DNA of 63,743 nucleotides, filler included, from Atractiella rhizophila (taxonomy: Eukaryota): NCBI GenBank assembly GCA_021432655.1. It is 3 parts of 3 records of this genome, joined end to end, with 100 filler letters (N's around TTAATTAATTAA, not from the genome) between each part and the next. Parts side by side here need not be neighbours in the genome. Positions count along the whole stretch, not along the records: positions 1 to 29,190 come from MU271724.1; positions 29,291 to 58,313 come from MU271725.1; 1 more part is not named here. The stretch is one strand, 5' to 3'. Positions within the stretch are counted from its first letter, which is position 1; each line of letters opens with the position of its first letter. Under the pieces are notes generated by a model, which was not told the DNA's origin, ran no database searches, and saw only the letters and a list, made by a program, of their open reading frames with translations. Below, piece after piece: positions 24,372 to 36,110 of the stretch. The position numbers were made by a program, and so were the translations under genes.

Positions 24372-26770
24372 TCAACGGACAATAGCTATTCCCAAAGTCT
24401 CTCTTTTTTGGTGATACGTCGCTTCTTCAGGTGTGAGCGGGAACGAGTCCATCTTCACTTTGGTTTGTCTTTCTCTCCTTTCCTGTTCTTCCTCCACAGG
24501 GATGACATTAACGATGACAGGGACCGACTCCATCTTTGTCGTCGTTCGTAGGGTCGAGTTTCGCTTATTCGACGCTGTGGCCATTCCAGATCCTCTCCTG
24601 CTACCCCTTCCCGAGAACGCCGTAGCTATCGGAACACGTCCACTCCCACGACTCCCGCTGCTTCTGCTACTGTGCGCACTCGATTTACTCGACTTGCTAC
24701 TGGCCAAGCTCGCGCTTCGTTTAGGTGACGCGCCATCGCCCAGATTTATACTGATAAACTTGTCTTGAGTCGGCGTCGTCTGGCCCGCTTCTTCCTCGCT
24801 AATATCCTCTTCTCGACCACCCCTTGTTATATTCCCATTGCTAGCGCTCGATCCAGGTGGAGGAGGGAAGTAGATGGGTTTGTTCAACAACGTGCGATAA
24901 GGATTGTACACTTGCTCCGGAGACGCCACAAAAGCCTCAGCATACGTGGGTCCTTCTTCCCGTGCGAGTTCGGTAAAGATATTACTTCCACCGGATGAGA
25001 ATTTGGAGGAGATTTGCGAGGGGTTAGCACGATGGCGGCTTATGAAAGGGACCTGAGGTTTTGCGTTTGGAGGAGGCGTGAGAGGAGCTTGAAGGGCTTG
25101 GAAGGATTGAACACGATGTCCAGCTCGCTGTATCACCACTGCTTGACGAGCCGAACTAACGTTCGAAGTGGTGGGAGTGGTCATCGTGCTGTCTGAAGCC
25201 GAAGTGATCGAACCGAGAGAAAGGGGACGAGAAGAGTCGTCCATGACTATGAACGATGCGTGGGTACGCTCGGCAAAGGCGTGGAAGGCTCGTCCATAGT
25301 TTTACTGAACGGGCCTTTGAAGCTCTTAAGACTTCCTGTCCGCAGTCTCACCCTCTGCCCCTTCGACACCTTCCTCACCACACTGGTCGCGTCGCTCTCC
25401 ATAGCTGACTGTCGACTATCCACCAAGTGCAGTTCGTTCAACGTCCTCGGTGTGTCTGGTGGGGAGGAGAAGCGAAGAAAGTTCCCATTGGTTGCGCTCT
25501 TCGGGACCTGAAGTGTCTCTCGGGCATCAGGGGCGGGGGTATCGCTGAGGTATTGCCAGGATCCGGTACGGTCCGTGCGAACGCTGTACCGCACTGGGCT
25601 ACGGAGGGTCGCTGATAATCCTCCCCAAGATGTAACACGTCCGACTCCCTGGAATTGGATCTGTGGCACCCTCGCCGCCCCAGCTAGGGTTGTTTGGACG
25701 AATGATGCTGGCGTCGATGGACGGGCCAGATGGATGCTGACCGGCGTGAGCTTCTCCTCCATGGCTTCAAGGTCTGCAGGATCACGCTGAGGTTTATTCC
25801 TGCTCGCTCTCCTTAGCACAACAAGATCATAAGTTAGCATGGTACGAGACATACCGCCGAATGGACCCAAAGCAAAACGCAAAGTAAGCAACAAGAAACA
25901 GACTCTTTCTGGTGTAAATCAGCGCCTTAGAAGGGTCTATGTAACCCGTTCCAGCATGTACTGATGCGACCAAACAAGCTAGGGCGACGATAGCCAAATC
26001 GGTCTTCTCACTCTTCTGCTTCCATCCCACCTTCGCACACAGGACGAGCAGGATAGCCAAGTCTCCAATAGCTACCGCTAGCAGGCCTCTGGTCGTCCTC
26101 ACGAACACCCTGGAATCCGACACAGATCGGAAGCCAACGAAAATGTTTCCTGTATTTGAGGCAATGTAAACGACCAGAGAAATGTTGATGATGCATAGGA
26201 TAGAGATGACGAGAAGGGAGAGGGAGAGAATCGTAAGAATCGTTAAACGGACAAGGCGAGAAGAGATGGCGAGTAGTCGACGGCAGATGAGGGTTACGTA
26301 GAGTAGGAAGAGGATGAGGGAGGACATGGCGAGGGAGCCGTCAATTCGGTCGAGGAGGTAGAAAGAGCCGAACATGCTGGAGTTAAACCGACCAGCTAGT
26401 ACCATCCCAGCATATCTTAACATCCATCACAGTTCTCACAACGCCGAGCGAGTGCACATACCGGAATCGATGCCGTTTGCTACAAGTTGCAGCACCCCAG
26501 CAGCAGGTAAAAACCATTCAAAGCTCTTCCTAAATCCAAGCCTCCGAATCAACACTAAAGTTGTCACGAGACCTCCAAACGCTTGGAGAGTGACGATGGA
26601 TAGCAGGACGGCAAGAGTCGTCCTGTCAAGTCCATTACATCCGACGTCGAAGAAAACTACACGACGCAGCCATACCATCCTCAACAAGCCATTCCCATCC
26701 TCACTTCATGACTAAGAAAAGAGATCACATACCCGAAGTGCAAAAAGGCCTCGACATCTGCCACAGACAT
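24372..26770 (-). CDS. Hypothetical multi-pass membrane protein with long Ser-rich cytoplasmic tail; apparent 1-nt frameshift near 25262
   Basis: Several hydrophobic helices in ORFs 26436-26687 and 25827-26423, followed by low-complexity ORFs 25247-25894 and 24372-25244. Confidence 0.6.
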
Positions 26771-27226
26771 TGGTTGGGCTTGGGAGATGGGACGTTGGAG
26801 TGGGTGCGAAGGAGCGAATGTAAAGAGTGGACCAGCCGGGGACCAGCCTGTTGAAGTGAAAGTCGAAGAAATGAGCCTGAAATGAGCCTCAAGTGATGCC
26901 CTCAATTGAACAGGACCGTCCTGCTTCGTCGTCGTGAGGATCTGAATCCATCGTTTCAACTTTAGTCACGTGTTCATTAAATCTTAATTTAATCCCAAAG
27001 TTATTCTTCAACCAACTCCGCTTTATAGTGAGTTCACGCGTCCCACCTTTGGTTCATCTGCCTCGCAGTATGTGGCTGCAAACAGCATGTAATATAGGTA
27101 ACAGAGATACAATGCAAATGCGGATGGCAACAAGATTAACGCGGGAGCCACTTCCCCCGCAAGAAAGAAACCAACCCAACAAACCCTTACAATAACTTCA
27201 ATGCTTAGGCGCTCATGCCAGCAAGC

Positions 27227-29190
27227 TTAAGCTTTCTCTGCTTTCTCATCGGTCCTCAAATCCTCCACCTCCTGCTTCCCATTCCTATCCACCTTTTGCG
27301 CCGCCCTACGGGGCTTTCGAATGCTGAAGTGATGACGGATGCTCCGACCTTTGAGCTGGAGGAATGGCACACTGCGAAGATTGTCAGTACCACGTGCGAC
27401 GAGCATGCAGAGGCAGTAGACGCACATCAAGAAAAACAAGCCAGCTACGACGGCAGCCTCAACTCCATACGTTTGCACCGCGCCTGGGAGACTAACTCAG
27501 CAACAGGTAGTTCAGAGAGCTAAAACGAACCATTCTTCTCAGCCCACTGTGTCTGAAAGTAGGGAACAGAGAATCCTCCCATCGTTCTCCAGAAGTTGAT
27601 CATTGCGCTGACCTCTGCACCGTGACGATCACGTGAGCAAGTTGACAGGAAGATAAAAAAGACCCACCGCCGTTGTAGTCTGGAAAAGCATTGTTGAGAT
27701 AGGCATAAATACAGACTGTAGAAATCATGATAGACGATTCTGCTACCTGATAACAAAACCGATTAATAAAGCAGTGGAATAGCATTGGAAATGCACTCAC
27801 TATCCAACCAACGACAAGTCCTCCGACGTTGAGTTTGTATTCGAAGCATTCTACTCACTTCTCAGAAAGGCTCCTCCCAATAGGACAATTTAACGCACCT
27901 CCTATCGTAATGAACCCGCCGATAAACAATGGAAGAGCGAAATAAAGTGTCCAGAGCCTACAATCGCTCGAAAAGTCAGAATGTCAGTTTCAAAGGTGGG
28001 GCTGTACTTGCCTCATTTCAGCCTCAAACACGCCATGATTCCGCTTGATCTGATAGTTGGCAATAAAGTCGTTCAGGTAGTGTCCCAAAATCTCTCCTAC
28101 TATCACACCGACGACAGGAGAGAAGTAGGTGCCAGCAATTTGATCCCCGGTCAGACCGTAGCCAGCGGCTGCGCAAGCAAAATTTTCAGAAGAGCAAGAT
28201 GTAAACAAGAAGAGAACAAACGGGGAGGAGGGAGAAGGAACACCACTTGGGTGACATTGACTCCGATACCTGAAGGTGGAGTTCTATCACGTGACTATTT
28301 AAATAAATAATAGGTACGAACCGAACCCGAATACTAGAGGCACAAACCGTCAGCCTATATTCACAATGATTCCAAAGGGGATCTTACCAGCCAGGATGTA
28401 AATGCTCGGTAGGAGAGCTTGCGGACGCCAAAACACGTTTATGACATCAAATATCACGTGTCCCCAAGAAGGTCGATACTGAGACATCTTAACTCCAGTG
28501 ATACCCAACAGGTCTTCAATTCTCCTTCTCAGACCAGTCGTGGTCGGGCGAGGGATGGGGTGGACGTGTCGATCGAACATGCTGTGTTGCTTCAGCTTAA
28601 GAATGGAAGAATGAAAGAAACCTACGTCTCTCGCGCTTGAAAGGTTATGAGAAAAAGGATAAGTCCGTCGAAGATGCATCCTACACCATCTTCAGGCAAA
28701 CCAATTGAGCTATCCTCACACTCGAACACATGGAAGCACTCACAGACCCATCTCCAGCCAGTCCTGTCAACCATGAAACCAAGCAGTGATGGGCCTATGA
28801 AAGGCGAAATAATGAACCCCACTGCGCACAAACTCAGCACTCAAACTTCGCAAGCCTCCAGAAACGGAACGCACTATTCCATAGGTTGATCTTTCTTGCT
28901 TGTTCATGAAAAGGGAACATGTCGCAGATGCTAATAAAGCATTAAGCGTAAGATAGACATCGATAAAGACGCTCTCACGCATATAGCCCTGTCACCTTTG
29001 CAAATGTGTCAATGCTGGTCAATTAAGAAGTATTCAACATACCTGTGGAGCGGTCTGGAATGAAGCTTGTAGAATCCTGCAAGCTGCGAAGGTCTTAAGA
29101 TTGGGAGCAACCGTACAGCCGATGGTGAAGCTAGCATTTGTTCAACGGAGGGTTGCAGGCGTACAACGATGTGACATACCCTAATCCAAA
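27227..29190 (-). CDS. MFS transporter (DHA1-like), 5'-truncated by the gap
   Basis: Contains SPFIGPSLLGFMVDRTGWRWV, ARETY, SPVVGVIVGEILGH..HGVFEAEMR, and EVSAMINFWRTMGGFSVPYFQTQW. Confidence 0.85.
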
Positions 29191-29290
29191 NNNNNNNNNN
29201 NNNNNNNNNNNNNNNNNNNNNNNNNNNNNNNNNNTTAATTAATTAANNNNNNNNNNNNNNNNNNNNNNNNNNNNNNNNNNNNNNNNNNNN
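29191..29290. other. Scaffold join: 44 N + TTAATTAATTAA + 44 N
   Basis: A six-frame-stop spacer sits at 29235-29246 and genes on both sides are truncated. Confidence 0.97.
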
Positions 29291-30066
29291 CTCTGTGGCG
29301 ACAGGTGTTTTCGAGCACTATGCTGAGCAAATAGCAGCAGCGGTTCCCGCAGCCAGACTCGTTACATCTGCAGAAAGGAAAGAGAAGGAGAAGGAAGAAG
29401 AGGCGCCGTACACCACTCTCCAAATCGACCATCCAACCTTCCTCTCCCTCTCCGAACCCCGACGGCGGACTCCTCGTTCTGTATCCCTCTCCCTCTCCAA
29501 ATCCACCTCCACCTCCACAACCCATTCCTCCTCCTCCTCCTCCTCCGATTCCACAGCACCGTCTTCCCTCCCATCCGCCTCGTCCTCTCCAACACCCCTC
29601 CTCACCATACACCTCCTTTCTCCCCGAGCCTCAAAACCATACCTAGCTCAAATCACACGTTCCCTCCTCTCTCGCTCACCTCCTCTAGATTGGAGCGACA
29701 TAGACATTCGAACCATCGATGCGGAGTGGAAGCTGCCCGAACCGGACTTGTTGGTCGTATTGGGAGGAGAGAGTTGTACACTGAGAGGCTTCCCAGCGTG
29801 GGGCTTGAGGTTATCCGAAATCTTGTAAGCCTTCCTTCCGCAACCTTGCCTACGTTCCCATCTCCATCCGTATGCACATCCTGTGTTTTGTGTTTTACGC
29901 GCAAACCTGGTCTAAAAGCTAAAGGGACATATGCTGATGACTACCTTGCGTGCGGAATGGGATGGGATGGAATAGCCATGCGAAACGACAGCAGGAGTTG
30001 GATGTGGCGACGGTGAAGCAGGCCATGGCTGGATTCTTACGTTCGGAGCAGAGGGTGGGGAAGTAA
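29291..30066 (+). CDS. NUS1: Dehydrodolichyl diphosphate synthase complex subunit Nus1, 5'-truncated
   Basis: Contains LPEPDLLVVLGG..LRGFPAWGLRLSEI and ends in EQRVGK* (RxG motif). Confidence 0.85.
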
Positions 30067-30616
30067 ATCCTTCCTATCATTCGGCCTGTGGTGTGGCAGG
30101 GCCTCTGGGCAGAAGCAGGACATGCTCAGCAGCGACTCTACTAGTAATGGACATCATCATTTTGAACTAATAGATTTAGGAATGTTTCCCTGTAATCAAA
30201 ACGCATTCTGAGGCCTTCAACGAAACTCCATTGACTGCAGGAGGTGACGGATAACTTGAACTTTTGGAGAAAGGAAGATCATCTAGGGTAGAGTGTTGTG
30301 CTGTTACCTTTACCGAAGAAGCAACGATTGGAATTTGGAATGGGCAACAGCTTGACTTGAGGCGGGAAGTCGGAGCTTTTGATTTGTCGCTCTAAAACAC
30401 CTAGCGTGCCAGCTCGTCCTCGAGAAGTCCTCCTCCTCTTACTGTCATCCCAGCTGGTCAGCTTCTTTGGCCTGACATTGACCATTCACTGTCTCCTCTC
30501 CTGCCAGACCTTGATCCCGAAGTTGTGACCGTCGCTTCAAGGTACGTTCCGTGTACGCGGCGAACGACTTCTTTAGCCTCCAGCGTTGAACGTAATGTCG
30601 CACATAGTAATACGGC

Positions 30617-31716
30617 ATGGCTCCCTCTGATTTCTCTTCCAGGCCAAATGTAATGCTCTCTATATCCTGATGATTCTCGCAACTGAGTGTTGCTGCATTG
30701 TGGTAGGGAAATATCGTCATCCTCTTCGATGTGGACGAGACGCTCACGAAAGCCAGGCGGCTGGTAAAACCTGAGATGTTACAAGCATTAAAAGATTTGA
30801 GGCAGAAGTATGTCATCGGCTTCGTCGGAGGGAGTAATTTGGTAAAGCAGAAAGAGCAGTTGGGGGATAACGGTGCGTTCTCCTCGTAGTGCATAAAGGG
30901 AACAGGATAGGATTTGATTGTGGTCGATAAACGTTTTGTGCAGTCCTTGAGTTGTTCGATTACTGCTTTGCGGAAAATGGACTCGTTGCGTACAAGCTTG
31001 GAGAAGAATTAGCTTCCCAATCCTTCATCAAATGGTTGGGAGAAGAGAAGTATGCAAAGATGGCGAGATTCATCCTTCGTTGGCTATCGGAGCGCACGGA
31101 CATCCCAATTGTGCGGTGCGCCAATCCTTCACCCTACTTTCGTCATTGGTATTGATGGAGAGAAATGGGAGCAGAGGAACTTTCATCGAGTTCCGAAACG
31201 GGATGATCAACGTCTCTCCCATTGGCAGGAACGCGAGCAACGAGGAGTGAGCGGCGTTCGAACAGTTCGATCTGGTCTGTTCCTTTCCTGACACCGTTGG
31301 GATGAACTGATGGCGATGATCGGGATGGATGGTCATATAGAAAGCAGGAGTGAGAAAAGCTTTGATCGCAGCTCTGCAGAAAGAGTTTCCCGACTATGGA
31401 TTAACATATGCGATTGGCGGGCAAATCAGCTTCGATGTCTTCCCTACTGGTTTGTCTTCACAACTCCCACCTATTTCTCCACCTGCTTTCCCCAACTGCT
31501 CTTCCGTTGCTCATTGTGGAATACGCTGTAGGATGGGATAAAACTTACTGCCTCAGGCACCTTGAAAAGGAAAATTTCAAGGAGATCCATTTCTTTGGTG
31601 ATAAGACTTTCAACGGCGGGAACGACTATGAGATCTACGAAGACGAAAGGACGATTGGACATGCTGTCTTGAACCCAGACGACACCTTAGCACAACTGAA
31701 GAAGGATTGGCTTTGA
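30617..31716 (+). CDS. SEC53: Phosphomannomutase (HAD family) with an in-frame TGA at 31248-31250
   Basis: Contains [67 protein letters not shown] and [16 protein letters not shown]. Confidence 0.95.
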
Positions 31717-31964
31717 TGAGAATATTTTTTTCTGGAATGCCTTACACTGTTTTGTCCGGCGCTTACGTTGAAATTCATGCTTGGATTCCTGATTGTGGAA
31801 ATCGTGATATGTCAAGGATCAGGACGGGCTGATAGGTTCACTCCAAAGAATATCCTTGCAAGCATCCATCTTCGCAAGGGTCCAACGCGCGCGTAGGAAA
31901 TGACCGCCTTGCGGTCCTATTGATATTCAGAGTCTCTCCGATTCCCAAAACTGTATTCCTTCGA

Positions 31965-32911
31965 TTATGCGAATCCCCAGTACTACAGTTCAGGCCGTCA
32001 GTCATTAATCATCCATACGATCCAGTAGGACATACCTTGGCTGCGTATTTGACGGTCTTCAACTCTCCTTCGGTAGTGCAGGAGCTAGGCGGTTGCCCAA
32101 GAGCAGTATCGACGCGGAAGACGGTCTTAGCGAGCTATAATCACAATAGCAAATCAATTACTTCAACAATTCTAGATTTGAAGAAGATTGACAAACTCAC
32201 GTTTCCAGAGACACCATTCAGTTGGAGGAACGCAACATCTTCCGCATCTTTTGCGGCCACTGATCCCTTCTTCTGAGCAGTTACGAACGCATCTGCCTTC
32301 CTTTGGCTCTTGGTGAAGTCGAATTGAGGGGCGATGGCTCCAGATGGGTCAGGGTAGTTGACGAAGTAATGAGTACCCTTCACCACGAATCTGCGTTAGA
32401 ATCCTTTTCTTGCACGAGTAATGAGGGAATGGCTCACGAGGACCAGAGTGGACTTGATGGACCCAATGATGCCAGAAACCCTGGAGACATCCGAAGTGGA
32501 AAATCCGGGGACTGATGGGGGAGCTCGTCGGTGTTTCCTGCCTGGAGAAGGAAGGGGAAGCTTGACAGCTAGATCCTGGACGTAGGGAAAGATGGGCGTG
32601 TTGTACAAGCAGCTGATGTCGAAGAGTGTGGCTAAAGCGCCGGCAGAAACGTAGGCGCCGTTGGTGCAGGTGTAGTTCCTACCCACAAGACAAAATAGTC
32701 ACAGACTGAAGGGAGACAAGAATTAGACCACGTACTGCGTTCCAACTCCAAGGCCGATAAATACTGGTGCTTGTCCAGTAGGAAGAACAAGCTGAGTCTG
32801 ATTCTTCGGCAGGGTAAGGACAGCCTTCGAGACCGGGCAAGCTGCTGTGCTGGCGAAGGAAAGGGAGAAGAGGGAAGAAGCGAGAAGGGCGAGACTGAAA
32901 ACGAATTGCAT
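31965..32911 (-). CDS. Secreted DUF3455-family protein
   Basis: Signal peptide; GLGVGTQ|NYTC..AGALATLFDISCL; GTHYF; VFRVDTALGQPPSSC; ends VKYAAK|YWGFA*. Confidence 0.8.
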
Positions 32912-33915
32912 CTTGTGCTTATCAAATCAAAATTCAAGTGAACAGGGAGCGATAGAGTAAAGGCTTTGCTTGCAAAGGATAACAACTTGCGTAAAAGATT
33001 GAACGTAAGTGTGCTGTGTTTGAAAGAAGGCGCGAAAAGAAGGACTGATTCGATGGAGCGTTCGAAGAAGTTGGCTTGCCAAAAGATGAGAACTTGAAGG
33101 GCAGCCATGTTCAAGAACTCCTGCTTTTAAGTGCAAACCGGAATCTTTCGTCTCGTCCGTCTGTCCGCAAGTCCTGTGCTGATCGGTTTCATATCAACGC
33201 CCACTCTTGTCCTCAAATTTCCATCTCCTTTACGTTCAAGCACAACAGAGACGAAGGTTAGCGCACTAGCAAGGTCGTTGAAGATTCGAACGTTCGACTT
33301 CCGAGCTTTTGCCGCCTCTCATTTTCCGAGGAGACGCCAACACACACCAAGCACTGGTACTTCTGTTTGTACCTGGTCTAAGGAAAATGGAAATTTCGAA
33401 TCACAATGAAAACTCGGCTTCCTCCAGTTTCCTTCAAGCAATTCAAGGAACCAGCCAGAACAGGTCAAAATGAAGCGTCATTAAGGTCGGTACCGGAGCT
33501 CGGTTGTCTGAGGAAGAGGATTGCAAGCTTCGTTCTGTAACTGGTCCGGAAAATCAAAATACTGTTATCAAAGCATCATCGGAGCTATGTAACAGCGGAT
33601 CTCAACGGATGCGAGTTGCAAGCCGAGCGTTGCAACGCAGGGGGAAGGGGAAGTGATGACAGTCAAGAAGGCGACGTGTCATAGTCTTCTGCCGAAGTCT
33701 CTCCACCATCACGTATGTTGGACCAAGAACACCAGTCCTGGCATGTCGTGGGGGCATACATCACGGATAAGCAAGAGTCTCAGGAAGTCGAAAGTGCTTG
33801 TTCGTTAGTTGTCGGTTTCGGTTGAGTTGAGTTTGAAAAGACCAAACACTAAGCTCACGGACTTTAGTTCAGTCTTTGATCCAACGCGACGTTGTGACGA
33901 AGCGCGAATATTGAC

Positions 33916-34971
33916 ATGTCTTCGTTAGATAAACTAGAGAAAGAGGCTGGAGATGTTGCGCAAGAGGTGACAGAGGGGAAGATTGAGTGTGTTGCTTCCC
34001 TTTTCTCCGAAAAGAAGTAGCACTTGACAGTCACCATAATCTTGGACACCAGCACGAAAGACACGAAACTTCGCTACCTCGCTTTTTTCGCGCGTATCAG
34101 ACCAATCGTTCAACCTGCAGCAAGATATTTTGCATACACCGTAAGTTTCTTCCACTACTCAACGTTTTCTTGATGTGTGACGTCTTGGCTAGTCGGATGT
34201 CGGGGAAGCTTTCCGACCAGTTGTGAAGCCTGCTGTTGTCACTGGTGCCTATGGTATCTCCTGGCTCTACGTGCTGGGAGACGTTGCATACGAAGGCTAG
34301 TCTCATTATCTATTTTTAATATTCTCAGCTTGATGTGCATTACAGGCTACAAAGCCCACCGCTCGCTTCGGCCACCAATCCACCACCTCCCCTCCTCCCA
34401 TGGCTCGCTCCCCATCTCCATCCCCATCCTAAAGGACAAGTCTGACTCTCAGTTCCTCACAAGTGGGGAGAAGAACACTTTCATTGGACTCAGAGTGGCA
34501 GAAAGAGCAGTCTTTCAGGCGACTGCCTCCATGCTGTTCCCTGCTCTTACTATCCATTCGTGCGTGCCCTTTTCCTGCTCTTTTATATTTCTGAGCTCCG
34601 ACGAACACGCGTTGTAACATTGATATCGCGCTGTATGGGTTTAGGGTCGTCAAGTACTCCGCTAAAGCTCTCAAGCGGTCCAATGTTCAGTCTGCCTTCT
34701 TGAAAGCGTGGGGACCAACGTCTCTGGGGCTTCTCACGATCCCTGCGCTCCCCTTCATCTTCGAGTTTGCTCTCTCTTCACCACCTTGATTACCGCTGAT
34801 GACAAAATGATTTTCAATAGTGAACCCGTGGAGAAAGTGGTCTCTACCAGCTTCGGTAAGATTGAAGAGATGGTGTTGCATGAGGAAGTGAGGAGAAGAT
34901 TGGAGCACCATTTGAAGGTTCAAGATATTAAGGAGAAAGAGAAAGAGCTAAAGAAGAAGGAGGAGTTGTAA
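33916..34971 (+). CDS. MTFP1: Mitochondrial fission process protein 1 (MTP18)
   Basis: Contains RYFAYT|SDVGEAFRPVV..AYGISWLYVLGDV, ERAVFQATASMLFPALTIHS, and WGPTSLGLLTIPALPFIF..EPVE. Confidence 0.88.
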
Positions 34972-36110
34972 CATGTGAGTTTGACATAGATTCAATGCCT
35001 GGACCCAAAACACTTCTTGAAAGTTCTGTAGATATTTCCCACGGATATCAATACTTTAGTTCCTCTCCTTGCCCGCGACTTGCCCCACTTCCGCTTCCTT
35101 TCTTTCAATTCAAATACCATGATGTATACTGTCTTCTCCAAATGGACATGAAGCAGGCCAAGGAGGCTCGAAACCGAAATTGCCAGCATCGGCAACCCCA
35201 CGGCGAATGTGGAAGGCATTTTGTTCAAGTCCCTAGCGAATCAACATCCCCTCTGCGGATCAAAGTAACAAAATAACCTCTCATACCTCGCACATTTCAT
35301 TGAAAAGAGCCTCTCAAGCGCTTGTGTGAACACTTCAACTTCAGATCGAACTACGTCATAGATAAGTACGGAACATCCAGGGAACATCTACCACTGATTT
35401 TGATCACTACAACAATTCACTCGCGCCGAATCACGAGAGCTGTTGAAACTGTCAAACAACCAAATTGCACTCCCTAATACTCGTGCACATGGTTGAAGAA
35501 CAGACCCAACAACCCAAGTCCCCTGTAAGGCAAGCGGCAAGGGCTGAGGCGATCAATGGAAAGGGGGCAGATGAAAAGAAAAAAGATGGAGCTGCTCGAC
35601 TCTTACAGAGGGTTTACAGGTGAGTCCGTCATGTATTCTGGCTCTAATTGGGCGGTGTGAGAGCCTGCAGTTGTATTATTGGATCTAGGATATTATTGGA
35701 AGAAGAAAGGTCTGGGCTACTTTTACTGCCTTATTACATGCTTTCCCTCAAGGGCGTAGTTCATTTTGTGTAAACGCTTCATCCAAATCCAATAAAGCAT
35801 TTATTCATCTCGATTCGCACGAAATGCTGCGAAAGCATGAGGACTTTAGAGACGTGACCAGACTGTTGCATATCTGAGTCGTCTCTTCGAGCTTTCAAAA
35901 CCAATCGGGAGGAGATGAGTGTTTTGTCATTGATATCTATCACTGCCATTCTGTAGATTGAGTAACCCGAAAGAATGAATCCCAATTCACTTTCGCAAAA
36001 GCGCCGTATGCTATTTTTAGGCCACTGAACGAGGCAAAAAGAAACGGGCTCGCCCCTACCACCGTTCACGCTTCAGTTTTCAATCTAATCATATTTCTCG
36101 CTTTCAAGTG

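Noticed and set aside
31247..31330. GTGAGC as a splice donor that removes the PMM stop codon
   Set aside because: Splicing to the 31330 acceptor shifts the frame and deletes the conserved RxxFExFD segment.
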